From Candidatus Latescibacterota bacterium (GTDB lineage Bacteria > Latescibacterota > UBA2968 > UBA8231): 64,000 nucleotides of DNA. The notes beneath the pieces are model-generated. The model was not told where the DNA came from and made no database searches. It saw only the letters and a program-made list of their open reading frames with translations. Below, in pieces: positions 54,515-64,000 of the stretch. The stretch covers positions 3,008,001 through 3,072,000 of the forward strand of contig OZ242005.1 in assembly GCA_965204725.1 (NCBI GenBank), in the 5' to 3' direction. Within the stretch, counting starts at the first letter, position 1, and each line of letters begins with the position of its first letter. A program made the position numbers and the translations under genes.

Positions 54515-55435
54515 GTGAAGGTTCTCGTTACTGGTGCCGCGGGTTTTATAGGGTATCACCTGTCGCGCCGCCTGCTGGAAACCGGCCATGACGTGGTTGC
54601 CATAGACAAGGTCCACTCGAACGAAAGGCTGGACATCTTGGTGCAGTACGAGAATTTCGAGTTTCGGCATGGCAGCATCGCCGACGTTTCCTTCTCTCAG
54701 GAGGTCGGAGAGGTTGATTACATCGTTCACCTAGCCGCTTTGGCAGATGTTCGGAAATCGATTGGGCGTCCATATATCCAAGTACAACAGGACGTCCTTG
54801 GACATATCAATCTGCTTGAATACGCAAAAACGTTGGCAGGGCTGAAGCGGATGGTCTTCACCAGTTCTAGTTTAGTGTACGGGGTCGGCGGCGGGTTTTC
54901 CGAGACATCCCCTACCATGCCGATTTCGCCTTATGGGGTGTCCAAACTAAACAACGAAAACATGAACACCTGTTACAGTCACCTATACGGCTTCCCGATC
55001 ACCAGCCTCCGGCTCTTCACGGTGTACGGCACATATAGCAGGGCTGATATGGCGACTTGGAGATTTACTGAGAACATCTCCTTGGGCAGGCCGATCACCC
55101 TATTTAATAACGGGTTGAACAAAATAGACTTCGTCTATGTCAGCGACGTCGTGGAGGCCATACTGCGGGCCATGTTCGACTCGAAATCGACCGGACACGA
55201 CGTTTACAATGTCGGCACGGGCACCAGCGTTTCGGTCTTAGAGGTAGTGCGTATTATTGAAGATATACTCGGCAAAACTGCAACGCTGGAGACTACACCA
55301 GCACAACCCGGGGATGTCGCGGTAACTTGTGCGGATATTACAAAGATCAAACGGGATTTGGGCTATGCCCCAAAGATCGATGTCACCAACGGCCTGCGGA
55401 TGTTTTCCGACTGGTTGATTGACAGGTTGAATTGA
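54515..55435 (+). CDS. NAD-dependent nucleotide-sugar epimerase (UDP-glucuronate 4-epimerase-like)
   Basis: TGAAGFIG, HLAA, YGVSK, LRLFTVYG, QPGDV; AAGGAGG RBS. Confidence 0.88.
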   Translation: MKVLVTGAAGFIGYHLSRRLLETGHDVVAIDKVHSNERLDILVQYENFEFRHGSIADVSFSQEVGEVDYIVHLAALADVRKSIGRPYIQVQQDVLGHINLLEYAKTLAGLKRMVFTSSSLVYGVGGGFSETSPTMPISPYGVSKLNNENMNTCYSHLYGFPITSLRLFTVYGTYSRADMATWRFTENISLGRPITLFNNGLNKIDFVYVSDVVEAILRAMFDSKSTGHDVYNVGTGTSVSVLEVVRIIEDILGKTATLETTPAQPGDVAVTCADITKIKRDLGYAPKIDVTNGLRMFSDWLIDRLN

Positions 55436-55486
55436 CGAAGGAGAGCTTGCTATCGTGCCCACGCGGTCCTGTATGCTGCACAGCCA

Positions 55487-58327
55487 CTACTCCTCGCCCA
55501 ATTCCCCCGCTTCCTCTGGATAAAGCACGACCCGCACGTAGCGGTCCATGTTGAAATAGTTCTGCGCAGCCTGCTGCACCGCCTCCGCCGTTAGTGAATC
55601 GACCAATGCTGGGTACTGAATCAGCCGCCGCGGATCGACCCCGTTGAAGTCGAGCGACGCCAGAGACCCGACCCAGAAGCTGTTTTCCTTGAGATCGATT
55701 TCGCGCTGACGCTGGCGCATTTCCTTGACCTTGTCGATGTAGAGATCGGTGGTGCCGACAGTTTTTAAGCTGTCGATCTGCTCAAAGATCACCTGCGTCA
55801 ACTCCTCGACGCGCTCGGGATCGCTGCCAAAGGTGATGGAGATGCGGTATTCCTCGTCCGGGTAGCGGGCGCTGCTGCTGCTGATCCATACCCCATAGGT
55901 GCCGCCCAAGTCCTCGCGCAATACCTCGCGCAGCTTGATTTGCAACACCGAGGTCATGGCCCTGAGTCCGAGGTTGTTTTTCCAGCCGTCGTATTCAAAG
56001 GGGCCGGTGAAAATCAGCCGCGATTGGCTCTTGGGTTCGATGCCGCGATAGACTGCTTTGTCGATCACGCCCGCCGGGGCCTCAATGCCGACATCGCGCC
56101 AAGCCTCCTCCCGCTCGGTGGCCGGCAGGCCGCCCAAGTAGGTACACACCAGCGGCTCCATGGCTTCAAGGGTGAAGTTGCCGACGAAGAAAAACGAGAA
56201 GTCGCCGGCGTCGGCAAAGCGGTCTTGGTACACGGCCATGGACGCGGCCAAGTCCATCTCGTCGAGCAACTCCAGCGACCAAGGGCGCGCCCGGTGGTGA
56301 TACTGCGCCATAGTGACCGCAATGGTATCGCTGAAGGCGGTCTCTGGGCGCGCACTGCGGTTTTGGATGGAGCCTTTCATGCGCGTCTGGTAGGCTTGGA
56401 AGGCCGTGCTGTCCGGCCGCGGCGCGGTGAAGAAGGCGTAGATCAGCTCGAACAGGGTTTGGACATCTTCGGGCGAGGCCGATCCTGAAAGGCCCTCCCG
56501 CAAGTTGCTGATCCACGGCGCGACCCGCACCACTTTGCCAGCCAGTTTCTTCTCTAGTTCGATCTTGTCAAACGGCCCCACGCCGCCTTCGCTCACCACC
56601 GAGGCCGCTGTCGAGGCCGCCACGTAGTCGGCGTCGGGTACCAGCGAGTGCCCGCCGGGGCTATAGGCCCTAAAGAGGATCTCGTCGTTTTTGAAGTCCG
56701 TTGGCTTCAGGCACACTCGGATGCCGTTGGCGAGGGTCCACCAAGTCACGCCGATCTCGGGGATTTGGTTGCGGGCGACGATTGCGGCTGGGGCCGGCAC
56801 CTGCGCCACGAGCGGCTCGTCGGACACCTCGTCCGCGTACGGCGCGATCTCTTGCTGAGCCACCGCCGCGAAGATCGCCCGCAGATCGCGCTCGTTGGGC
56901 ACGGCAATGCCCTCTTGCTCAGGGGCCTCCACGGCGATCACCCGGTTTTTTTCGCTCGTCCACTCGCTAGCCAGCGCGTTGACCTCGGCCAGCGCGATGC
57001 CGGGCAGCAGGTCTTGGTAGAGCTGGTACTCTTTGGCAATGCCGGGAATGGCCTCGTCGGTCAGCAGGTGGCGCACGTATTCGGCGGCAAAACGGCTCGA
57101 CTGCTGCTTGTCGCGCTCGCGGTAGGACTGCTCCATGCCGCGCAGCATTTCCTTTTTCTCGCGCTCCAGTTCAGAGGCGGTGAAGCCAAACTCCCGCACC
57201 CGCGCGGCTTCGAGCAGCAAGGCTTCAAGCCCAGCGTCGAAACCGTTGTTTTGCACACCCGCGCCGAGGATAAAAAACTCCTTGGAGCGCAACCAGCGCC
57301 CTTGCCCGGAATAGGCCCCCAAAAAGGGCGGCTCGGGTCGCTTGGTTAGCTCGTGCAGGCGCTGGTTGAACATCTGGTGATAGAGGGCCTCGATCAGCGA
57401 GCGGCGGTACGCGCTCACCGTCCCTTGGGGCCGCACATCCATCTTGTAGTAGATGCTGACGCTGTTGTACGTGGCCTCTGGGTCAGTGGCAATGGCGAAG
57501 AGCGTCTCCTCGTGGTCGGGCACGGGGAACACGGTGCGGTCGCGGGGGCTTGCGGCCGCGGGGATGCGCGCAAAATAGTCCTGCACTAGGGCCTCTAGGG
57601 CCGCCGGATCAAGGTCGCCGACGGCCACAAGACCCATCAGGTCGGGCCGGTACCAAGTGCGGTAAAAGCGGCGCAGGGCCTCGTGCTGAAAGGTGTCGAG
57701 CACGGCTTTCTGGCCGATGGGTAAGCGCGTGGCGTAGCGCGAGTCCTTTAGGAGGATGGGCAATTGCTCGTCGAACATGCGCCGCTGCGCGCCGCGCCCC
57801 AGCCGCCACTCTTCGACGACCACGCCGCGTTCTTTGTCGATCTCCTCGGGCTCAAAGCTGATCTGGTGCGCCCAGTCTTCCAAAATTTGGAAGGCCGTTT
57901 CCACCACTTCGGCACTGTCGGTGGGCACTGTCAGCATGTACACGGTTTCGTCGAAGCTGGTGTAAGCATTCAGGTCCGGCCCAAAGCGCATGCCGATTAG
58001 CTCTAGGTAGTCAACTAGCTCCTGCTTGGCAAAGTTTTTGGTCCCGTTGAAGGCCATGTGCTCGACAAAGTGCGCCAACCCCCGCTGGTCTTCGTCCTCT
58101 AGCACGGATCCGGCATTGACGACCAGCCGCAGCTCGACCCGGTTTTCGGGCTTTTGGTTTTTGCGGATGACGTAGCGCAGACCGTTGTCGAGCTGGCCGA
58201 CGGTCGCAAGTGAATCAATGGGTAGCTCCTCCTCGGTCGCGGCTCGTTGTGCCGGCGTTGGCGTCGTACTGACGCAGGCACCTAGCAGCACTGAAAACGC
58301 GAATAGCAACAGCACAAGTCGTCTCAT
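55487..58327 (-). CDS. M16 zinc metallopeptidase (PqqL-like) lipoprotein
   Basis: Lipobox LGA-C, HFVEH inverted zinc motif, NAYTSFDETVY, LREDLGGTY. Confidence 0.93.
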   Translation of the reverse strand: MRRLVLLLFAFSVLLGACVSTTPTPAQRAATEEELPIDSLATVGQLDNGLRYVIRKNQKPENRVELRLVVNAGSVLEDEDQRGLAHFVEHMAFNGTKNFAKQELVDYLELIGMRFGPDLNAYTSFDETVYMLTVPTDSAEVVETAFQILEDWAHQISFEPEEIDKERGVVVEEWRLGRGAQRRMFDEQLPILLKDSRYATRLPIGQKAVLDTFQHEALRRFYRTWYRPDLMGLVAVGDLDPAALEALVQDYFARIPAAASPRDRTVFPVPDHEETLFAIATDPEATYNSVSIYYKMDVRPQGTVSAYRRSLIEALYHQMFNQRLHELTKRPEPPFLGAYSGQGRWLRSKEFFILGAGVQNNGFDAGLEALLLEAARVREFGFTASELEREKKEMLRGMEQSYRERDKQQSSRFAAEYVRHLLTDEAIPGIAKEYQLYQDLLPGIALAEVNALASEWTSEKNRVIAVEAPEQEGIAVPNERDLRAIFAAVAQQEIAPYADEVSDEPLVAQVPAPAAIVARNQIPEIGVTWWTLANGIRVCLKPTDFKNDEILFRAYSPGGHSLVPDADYVAASTAASVVSEGGVGPFDKIELEKKLAGKVVRVAPWISNLREGLSGSASPEDVQTLFELIYAFFTAPRPDSTAFQAYQTRMKGSIQNRSARPETAFSDTIAVTMAQYHHRARPWSLELLDEMDLAASMAVYQDRFADAGDFSFFFVGNFTLEAMEPLVCTYLGGLPATEREEAWRDVGIEAPAGVIDKAVYRGIEPKSQSRLIFTGPFEYDGWKNNLGLRAMTSVLQIKLREVLREDLGGTYGVWISSSSARYPDEEYRISITFGSDPERVEELTQVIFEQIDSLKTVGTTDLYIDKVKEMRQRQREIDLKENSFWVGSLASLDFNGVDPRRLIQYPALVDSLTAEAVQQAAQNYFNMDRYVRVVLYPEEAGELGEE

Positions 58328-58360
58328 TGAGAACTCCTTAATGGGTCGATAGCCGATGTA

Positions 58361-59389
58361 TTAACTCAGGCGCGACCAGTCGAAGACCACGCCGAGGTAC
58401 TCCTCTTTGTTGGCGATAAGGCCATCGTACATTTGCTGGCAGTCGGCCGGGGAGGCTAGGTGGGTGAGCAGCGGCTCGACGACGAGCTGGCCGGCGGCGA
58501 TCCACGCTGCGATCTGGCGGTAATTGGCGTCGAGATCGCGGCTGCGCTCGGTGGCGTGCTGGGGCCAGCGCCATTCGAGGGCGCCGATCATGCGGATCGC
58601 CTCTAGGTGGATGCGCAGCAGCATGGGCGTCGCGTCGAAGTGGGCCGGGGCGCGCGGACTGCCGAGGAGGATGAGCTCGCCGTGGCGGGCCACGCACATC
58701 GCGGTTTGGGCGATGACTTCGCTGATACCAATGGCCTCGACGCCGATGCGAGCACCCGTGCCGCTGGTCCAGTCGCGCACCGCTTCTTCTAGATCGTCGC
58801 GGCTGGGGTTGACGGTGCGCTCAATGCCGCAGGCACGCGCTTGGCGCAGGCGCAGCTCGGACAGATCCGCGAGCATGACGTCGGCCCCGGCCAAGCCGAA
58901 GAGCTGGGCGGCGAAGTTGCCCACGAGGCCGCCGCCGACCACGAGCACGGTGTCGCCGGGCTGGGCGCTGGCCGAGCGCAAGGCCGAGATGCTGACGCCG
59001 GCCATGCGCGCAAACACGAGGTGCTGGCCGGGGGCTTCGCGTGAGACCGGCAGCACCATGCGCCGGGCATCGGCCTTGACGATGGAAGCGTGGCGGGCAA
59101 AGGACAACACGCGGTCGCCCGGTTGGACGCCGGAGACAGCGTCTCCGACCTGTAGCACTTGGCCGAGGTTGCCGTAGCCCGTGTGGCGGGGATACTGACC
59201 GGCGTCGCCGAAGGGCATCTGCTTGACGAGGCCGGTAAAGCCCGCGCCTTCGGTGCCGGCGCTGACGATGGAGTATTCGGTTGCTATGAGTACTTCGTGG
59301 GAGTGCAGGCAGTCGTCGAGGTCGGTTTCTGCAACCTCAATTCGCCCCGGCTCGACGACGGTGAGTTCGCGGGTTCGCACGGCGGTCAA
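58361..59389 (-). CDS. MDR-family (zinc-binding-type) alcohol dehydrogenase
   Basis: SIVSAGTE, GY.NLG.V..VG, VVGGGLVG. Confidence 0.85.
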   Translation of the reverse strand: MTAVRTRELTVVEPGRIEVAETDLDDCLHSHEVLIATEYSIVSAGTEGAGFTGLVKQMPFGDAGQYPRHTGYGNLGQVLQVGDAVSGVQPGDRVLSFARHASIVKADARRMVLPVSREAPGQHLVFARMAGVSISALRSASAQPGDTVLVVGGGLVGNFAAQLFGLAGADVMLADLSELRLRQARACGIERTVNPSRDDLEEAVRDWTSGTGARIGVEAIGISEVIAQTAMCVARHGELILLGSPRAPAHFDATPMLLRIHLEAIRMIGALEWRWPQHATERSRDLDANYRQIAAWIAAGQLVVEPLLTHLASPADCQQMYDGLIANKEEYLGVVFDWSRLS

Positions 59390-59529
59390 TCCTCCTTAGA
59401 GCAAGTGCGAGAATAAAGGGCCTTTGCGGAAGCAGCGTCAAGCCAGCTTGACGAATAACGCCGCCCTTCTCTATCATTCATTACGCCCCCAAAGGTCGTC
59501 GTCCCAATCCACCGCAAGTTTACCGCTAG

Positions 59530-61662
59530 ATGCCCAATGCACGAACACCCATGAGGCGCGGTGCGTTGTTCCGCACTCGCCTGCTGCTGTCCGCAGGGCT
59601 TGTTGCCTTGGCGGCCTTGGTGCCCTGCTGCCAACCGGCCGCCCCGCCCGCTTCACCGCCCCCCCAATACACCGGCGATCTGCCGGTATTGCAGAAGCAC
59701 GGCAAGTTGCGGGTCATCGTTCCCGCAGCGTCGATTGCCCACATTCCCAAGGCGGCCGAACCGGTGACCATCGACTACGACCTCGCCGAGGGCTTGGCCG
59801 AGGCACTCAAGCTAGATCTGGTCTTGGTAAAGGCCGAAAGTTATGCCGAGATGGTCGAGAAACTCCTCGGCGGCGAAGGCGACGTCGTCGCGGCGAGCCT
59901 GACGATTACGCCAGCGCGGCAGGAGCAAGCGGCGTTTTCCGTGCCGTATCTCTATGTAGATGAATATCTGATTACCGCGGCCGGCGACAGCCTACCAGCG
60001 GCGATTGAGGATTTGGCCGGAATGACAATCGGCGTCCGGCGCTCCAGCTCGCACTACCAGACCCTGTTGGCTATTCAGCGCCAAGTGCCATCGTTGCGCC
60101 TACATGACGCACCGGAAAAGCTCGGCCTCGAACCCCTCGTCGAAGGGATCGTCCGCGGCGAATACACCGCAACGGTCGCCGACGGGCATGTGTGGCGGGC
60201 GGTGGCATGCTACTACGATAGCATGGTCACGCCCTTGGTGCTGGCCGAAAATCGCCCGATTGCCCTGATGATGCGGCCCGACGACGTGCAGCTCAAAACC
60301 CAGGTCGATGAATACCTACTCGCCCGGCATTTTACGCACCAGCCCCAACATGCCTTTACCGACGATTTGCCCGGCTTAAAAGAGCGGCGGCGGCTGCGCA
60401 TGATCACGCGCAACAACGCGATGACCTATTTCATCCATCGCGGCCGGCAGGTGGGCTTTGAATACGAGTTGATCAAGGAATTTGCCAACCGGCACGACCT
60501 GCGGCTCGATATCGTCATCCCGGAAAGCCACGCCGATCTGCTGGCGTATTTGAACGAAGGCAAGGGCGACGTGGTGGCCGCGGCCATGACCATCACAGAG
60601 GAGCGACGGGCGCAGGCGGCGTTTACCCGGCCTTATAACGAGGTAGAAGAGCTGGTGGTAGTGCGCGCAGCGGAGGATTCCGTGGCCAGCCTTGCGGATT
60701 TGGCCGGGCGCACGGTCCACGTGCGGCCCAGTTCTTCTTTTTACACGACCCTGATGGCCCTCGCCGATTCCATAACGGGTTTGCAGATCGCGCCCTTGCC
60801 CGACTCCCTCGAAACCGAGGACATCCTAGCCGGCGTTGAGGAAGGGCGATACGACATTACCCTATGCGACTCCAATTTGCTCGACGTGGAGCTCGCCTAC
60901 GGCCGTCAGCTCAAGGCGGCCTTTAGCATCAAGCCGACCTCTTTGGGATGGGCGGTGCGCGCGGACAATCCGGCCTTGCTGGCGGCGCTCAACCAGTACG
61001 TCCAAGCGGAAAAAGGGGGCTTGTTTTTTAACGTGATGAAGAAGCGGTACTTCAAAAACAAGCGCACCATCGCCCAAGCGAAGGATTCGCTGCGGGTCGA
61101 TTTGAGCGGCCGCCTGTCGCCTTATGACGAGTTGGTCAAAAAATACGCTCGCCAGTACGGCCAAGATTGGCGCTTGATTACCGCGCAGATGTACCAAGAA
61201 TCCAAATTCAATCCACAGGCCACGAGCTGGGTCGGCGCGCGCGGGCTGATGCAGATCATGCCGGGCACCGGGCGCGAGTTGGGATTTACCGATCTACACG
61301 ATCCCGAAGAGAATATCCACGCCGGGGTAAAATATATGGCTTGGCTGGTCGACCGCTTTGATCCGAAAATCCCCATAGATGAGCGGATGCGCTTTGCGTT
61401 GGCCGCCTACAATGTCGGGTACGGGCACGTGCTCGACGCCCGCCGCTTGGCCCGCGAAAATGGGTGGAATCCCGACCAGTGGTTTGGCCACGTGGAACAG
61501 GCGATGAAGCTGCTTGCCAAGCCGGCGTACTACAAACGGGCGCGCTACGGTTTCTGTCGCGGCGGCCAACCCGTGCATTACGTGAGCAATGTTCAGAGCT
61601 TCTACGACGCCTACGTCGGGGTGCTGACTATGGTCAGGGTCCCGGGCCGAGCGAGCCTCTGA
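59530..61662 (+). CDS. MltF-like lytic transglycosylase with two solute-binding domains
   Basis: Two SBP_bac_3-like repeats followed by SLT motifs QMYQES, GLMQIMP, AAYNVG. Confidence 0.87.
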   Translation: MPNARTPMRRGALFRTRLLLSAGLVALAALVPCCQPAAPPASPPPQYTGDLPVLQKHGKLRVIVPAASIAHIPKAAEPVTIDYDLAEGLAEALKLDLVLVKAESYAEMVEKLLGGEGDVVAASLTITPARQEQAAFSVPYLYVDEYLITAAGDSLPAAIEDLAGMTIGVRRSSSHYQTLLAIQRQVPSLRLHDAPEKLGLEPLVEGIVRGEYTATVADGHVWRAVACYYDSMVTPLVLAENRPIALMMRPDDVQLKTQVDEYLLARHFTHQPQHAFTDDLPGLKERRRLRMITRNNAMTYFIHRGRQVGFEYELIKEFANRHDLRLDIVIPESHADLLAYLNEGKGDVVAAAMTITEERRAQAAFTRPYNEVEELVVVRAAEDSVASLADLAGRTVHVRPSSSFYTTLMALADSITGLQIAPLPDSLETEDILAGVEEGRYDITLCDSNLLDVELAYGRQLKAAFSIKPTSLGWAVRADNPALLAALNQYVQAEKGGLFFNVMKKRYFKNKRTIAQAKDSLRVDLSGRLSPYDELVKKYARQYGQDWRLITAQMYQESKFNPQATSWVGARGLMQIMPGTGRELGFTDLHDPEENIHAGVKYMAWLVDRFDPKIPIDERMRFALAAYNVGYGHVLDARRLARENGWNPDQWFGHVEQAMKLLAKPAYYKRARYGFCRGGQPVHYVSNVQSFYDAYVGVLTMVRVPGRASL

Positions 61663-61695
61663 GCGAGCACACAGCTGAGGAGCATAGAAGGCGGG

Positions 61696-63759
61696 ATGGC
61701 CGAGCCTAAGCTGCGATTCCCGGCGCGGAAGTTGGCGGTGCTCAGGCCGGGTTATTTGGCGTTGCTGTTTGTGGTGCTGGCCTTGGTGTTGGGGGCGTTC
61801 GCGCTCTACGGCCTGCGGCAGTCGCAGCAATCGACCTTAGCGGTGCTAGAGCGCGGGGCGCGGTCGCTGGCCGAAGCGGTTTCTCGCGCTGAGGAAAACG
61901 TCCTCCGCGCCGAAGGCGACATGGAAGAGTTGGTTGAGGAGCGGCTGCTGGACAACGCCCGGCTGTTGGCCGAGTTGGGACCGGCGCCGGCGTTTTCCGA
62001 CACCTTGTTGGAGCGGCTCGCGGCCGACAACGCCCTCGACCAAGTCGATGTGTTCGACGCGGCCGGCCGGTTGGTCGCGTCGAGTGGCGTCGTTGATGCG
62101 GCCGCGCTGGCGGAATGGCGGCGCGCGCTCGCGCCGCTGCTGGCCGGCGCGGACGAGGCCCTGCTATTTGAGCTAGACGACCAGCTTTTTGCCGTGGCCG
62201 TGGCCGTGCGGGGCGGGGGTGCGGTGATCGTGCGGGCGGCGGCCGAGCGGATTCGCTCGGGGGCTGGTCGGCTGATTCAAGAGATCGGCGCCAACCCAGA
62301 CATTGTGTACATGGCGTTGCAAGACCGGCTGGGCCTGTTGGCCGCCTCGCACGATTTGGTCTTGCTCGAAAGCATTACCGGCGACGCATTTCTCGAGACC
62401 GCTCTAACGCGCAATGCGGTCGCCTCGCGCCTCGTCGAGTTTGAGGGCGAGGAGATCTTTGAGGTCGTCATTCCCTTCGCGCCCCAAGGGACGACGCTGG
62501 GGCTTTTGCGGATTGGCCTCTCGCTCGACGAGCTGCGGGCCCAGAAGCAGCGCGGTCGGCTGCAAGTGGCGTTGCTGGTGCTCCTGCTCCTGATATTGGG
62601 GGCCGTGGGCACCGGGGCGGTAATCGTGCGGCAAAACTTGGCCCTGCTCAGCGATGCGTACGCGAATATACAGACTTATAGCAGCCGCATCTTGGCGCAG
62701 ATGACGGACGCGGTGGTCGCCACAGATCCGGCTGGGGCCATTGAGGTCTTTAACCAAGCGGCCGAGGCCCTGTTCGGGGTTGAGGGCGCGCAGGTGCGGG
62801 GGCAGAACCTGCGAGAGGTATGGCCGCACGAGGCCGTGGACCGGGCCTTGGCCGGCGAAGAACTGGTGGGCTTGGCCTGTCGCTCGGCCGATGCTCGGGG
62901 CCGCGAGCGGGCCTTGTCGCTGTCGAGCGCACAGGTGTACAAGGCCAGCGGCGAGGTGGAGACCATCGTCTTGGTGATTCAAGATCTAAGCGAGAAGGTG
63001 GCCATGGAGGCCGATCTGCAGCGGCGCGACCGCTTGGCCTCTATGGGGGCACTGGCCTCGGGCGTGGCCCACGAAGTACGCAACCCCCTCAACGCCATCA
63101 GCGTAATCGTGCAGCGGCTGCGGCGCGAGTTCACGCCGCGCACCGACGAGGGCGAATACCGCCAGCTAACCCAAGTCGTCGCTGGCGAGGTCGAGCGGGT
63201 CAATCGCATCATCGAGCAGTTCCTAGCACTGACGCGCCCGCCCGCGCTTGCAAAGACGCGCGTCGATCTAGCGTCAATTTTGGCGCGAGCGGCCGAGACG
63301 GTTGAGCCGCAAATCCTCGCGGCCGGGCTGCGGCTGGAGCGGGATTTTGCCGGCGTGGGCGCGATCCAAGCCGATGCGGATCAGTTGCACCAAGCGTTGC
63401 TCAACTTGCTGGTCAACGCGCTGGAGGCCACGGACGAGGGGCACATCCGGCTAGCGGCTCAGTCGCGGCCGGCCGACTGGGTAGAGATCGAGGTGGCCGA
63501 TACCGGCTCGGGCATCCCGGCCGCCGATGCCGAGCGAATTTTCGACCTATATTTTACGACAAAGGCCGCCGGCACCGGGCTGGGTTTGAGCTTGGTTCAC
63601 CGCATCGTCTCAGAGCACGGGGGGCGCGTTGAAGTACAAAGCACCCCCGGCGCGGGGACGCGATTTGTCGTTCTATTGCCGAGGGGATTGGCCGAGGCTG
63701 GCGCGGCGGTTGAGGCCGGGCGAATGGCGGGTATATTACGGGGCGAACAAAATCAATAG
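61696..63759 (+). CDS. PAS-domain sensor histidine kinase
   Basis: Two TM helices, PAS domain, H-box VAHEVRNPL, N-box NLLVNA, DTGSGI, GTGLGL. Confidence 0.93.
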   Translation: MAEPKLRFPARKLAVLRPGYLALLFVVLALVLGAFALYGLRQSQQSTLAVLERGARSLAEAVSRAEENVLRAEGDMEELVEERLLDNARLLAELGPAPAFSDTLLERLAADNALDQVDVFDAAGRLVASSGVVDAAALAEWRRALAPLLAGADEALLFELDDQLFAVAVAVRGGGAVIVRAAAERIRSGAGRLIQEIGANPDIVYMALQDRLGLLAASHDLVLLESITGDAFLETALTRNAVASRLVEFEGEEIFEVVIPFAPQGTTLGLLRIGLSLDELRAQKQRGRLQVALLVLLLLILGAVGTGAVIVRQNLALLSDAYANIQTYSSRILAQMTDAVVATDPAGAIEVFNQAAEALFGVEGAQVRGQNLREVWPHEAVDRALAGEELVGLACRSADARGRERALSLSSAQVYKASGEVETIVLVIQDLSEKVAMEADLQRRDRLASMGALASGVAHEVRNPLNAISVIVQRLRREFTPRTDEGEYRQLTQVVAGEVERVNRIIEQFLALTRPPALAKTRVDLASILARAAETVEPQILAAGLRLERDFAGVGAIQADADQLHQALLNLLVNALEATDEGHIRLAAQSRPADWVEIEVADTGSGIPAADAERIFDLYFTTKAAGTGLGLSLVHRIVSEHGGRVEVQSTPGAGTRFVVLLPRGLAEAGAAVEAGRMAGILRGEQNQ

Positions 63760-63776
63760 GCGATGGCAAGGGCTGC

Positions 63777-64000
63777 ATGATCCGGCGCGTTACTATTAGG
63801 AAATTCAAGCGTTTTCGCGCACAGACGTGCGAGTTGGCCGAGTCCGTGGTGCTCGCCGGTCCCAACAATGCCGGAAAATCTACGCTGCTACAGGCGATTG
63901 CGACGTGGAAGCTCGGGCTCGACCGCTGGTTAGTTCAGCGCGAAGGAGGCCGAGCGGTCCGGCGGTCCGGCGTGGCGATAACCCGCGCCGATTTTACAGC
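63777..64000 (+). CDS. ABC/SMC-type (AAA_15/AAA_21-like) ATPase, 5' fragment
   Basis: Not in the ORF track. Manual translation MIRRVTIRKFKRF...VVLAGPNNAGKSTLLQAI shows a Walker A motif; runs off the window. Confidence 0.8.
   Translation, partial: MIRRVTIRKFKRFRAQTCELAESVVLAGPNNAGKSTLLQAIATWKLGLDRWLVQREGGRAVRRSGVAITRADFT

Overview
GC-rich bacterial chromosomal window. The SprA-like gene and overall gene content suggest an FCB-group organism such as Latescibacterota or Gemmatimonadota; this is an inference only. Positions ~1-21,130 form a defence island whose genes all lie on the minus strand, built on a type I restriction-modification (RM) scaffold that appears twice in tandem. Unit A: collapsed hsdM relic, then Ubl, Cys-free E2, JAB/E1 and SEFIR/TIR, then hsdS2, darT, darG and an AlbA_2 ATPase. 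Unit B: hsdR, hsdM, two AAA-ATPase/PD-(D/E)xK paralogues, TIR and a SLOG-TIR fusion, then hsdS1 and hicBA. The two hsdS genes share TRD2 but differ in TRD1. In both units the defence cargo sits between the hsdM 3' end and a conserved hsdS leader. The rest is mostly core or accessory chromosome: a sprA-comEA-pilM-pilN-like-coaD-dprA operon, lptFG, selA, a LysM amidase, oxidoreductases, ATP-grasp/larE/def, tRNA-Asp, a class I aldolase, an imelysin/di-haem iron-uptake operon, oppDF, an orphan AbiEi, a sugar permease, an epimerase, an M16 peptidase, an MltF-like gene, a histidine kinase and a truncated ABC/AAA ATPase. No CRISPR array, integrase or transposase was seen. All family calls come from motif recognition by eye, not database searches.
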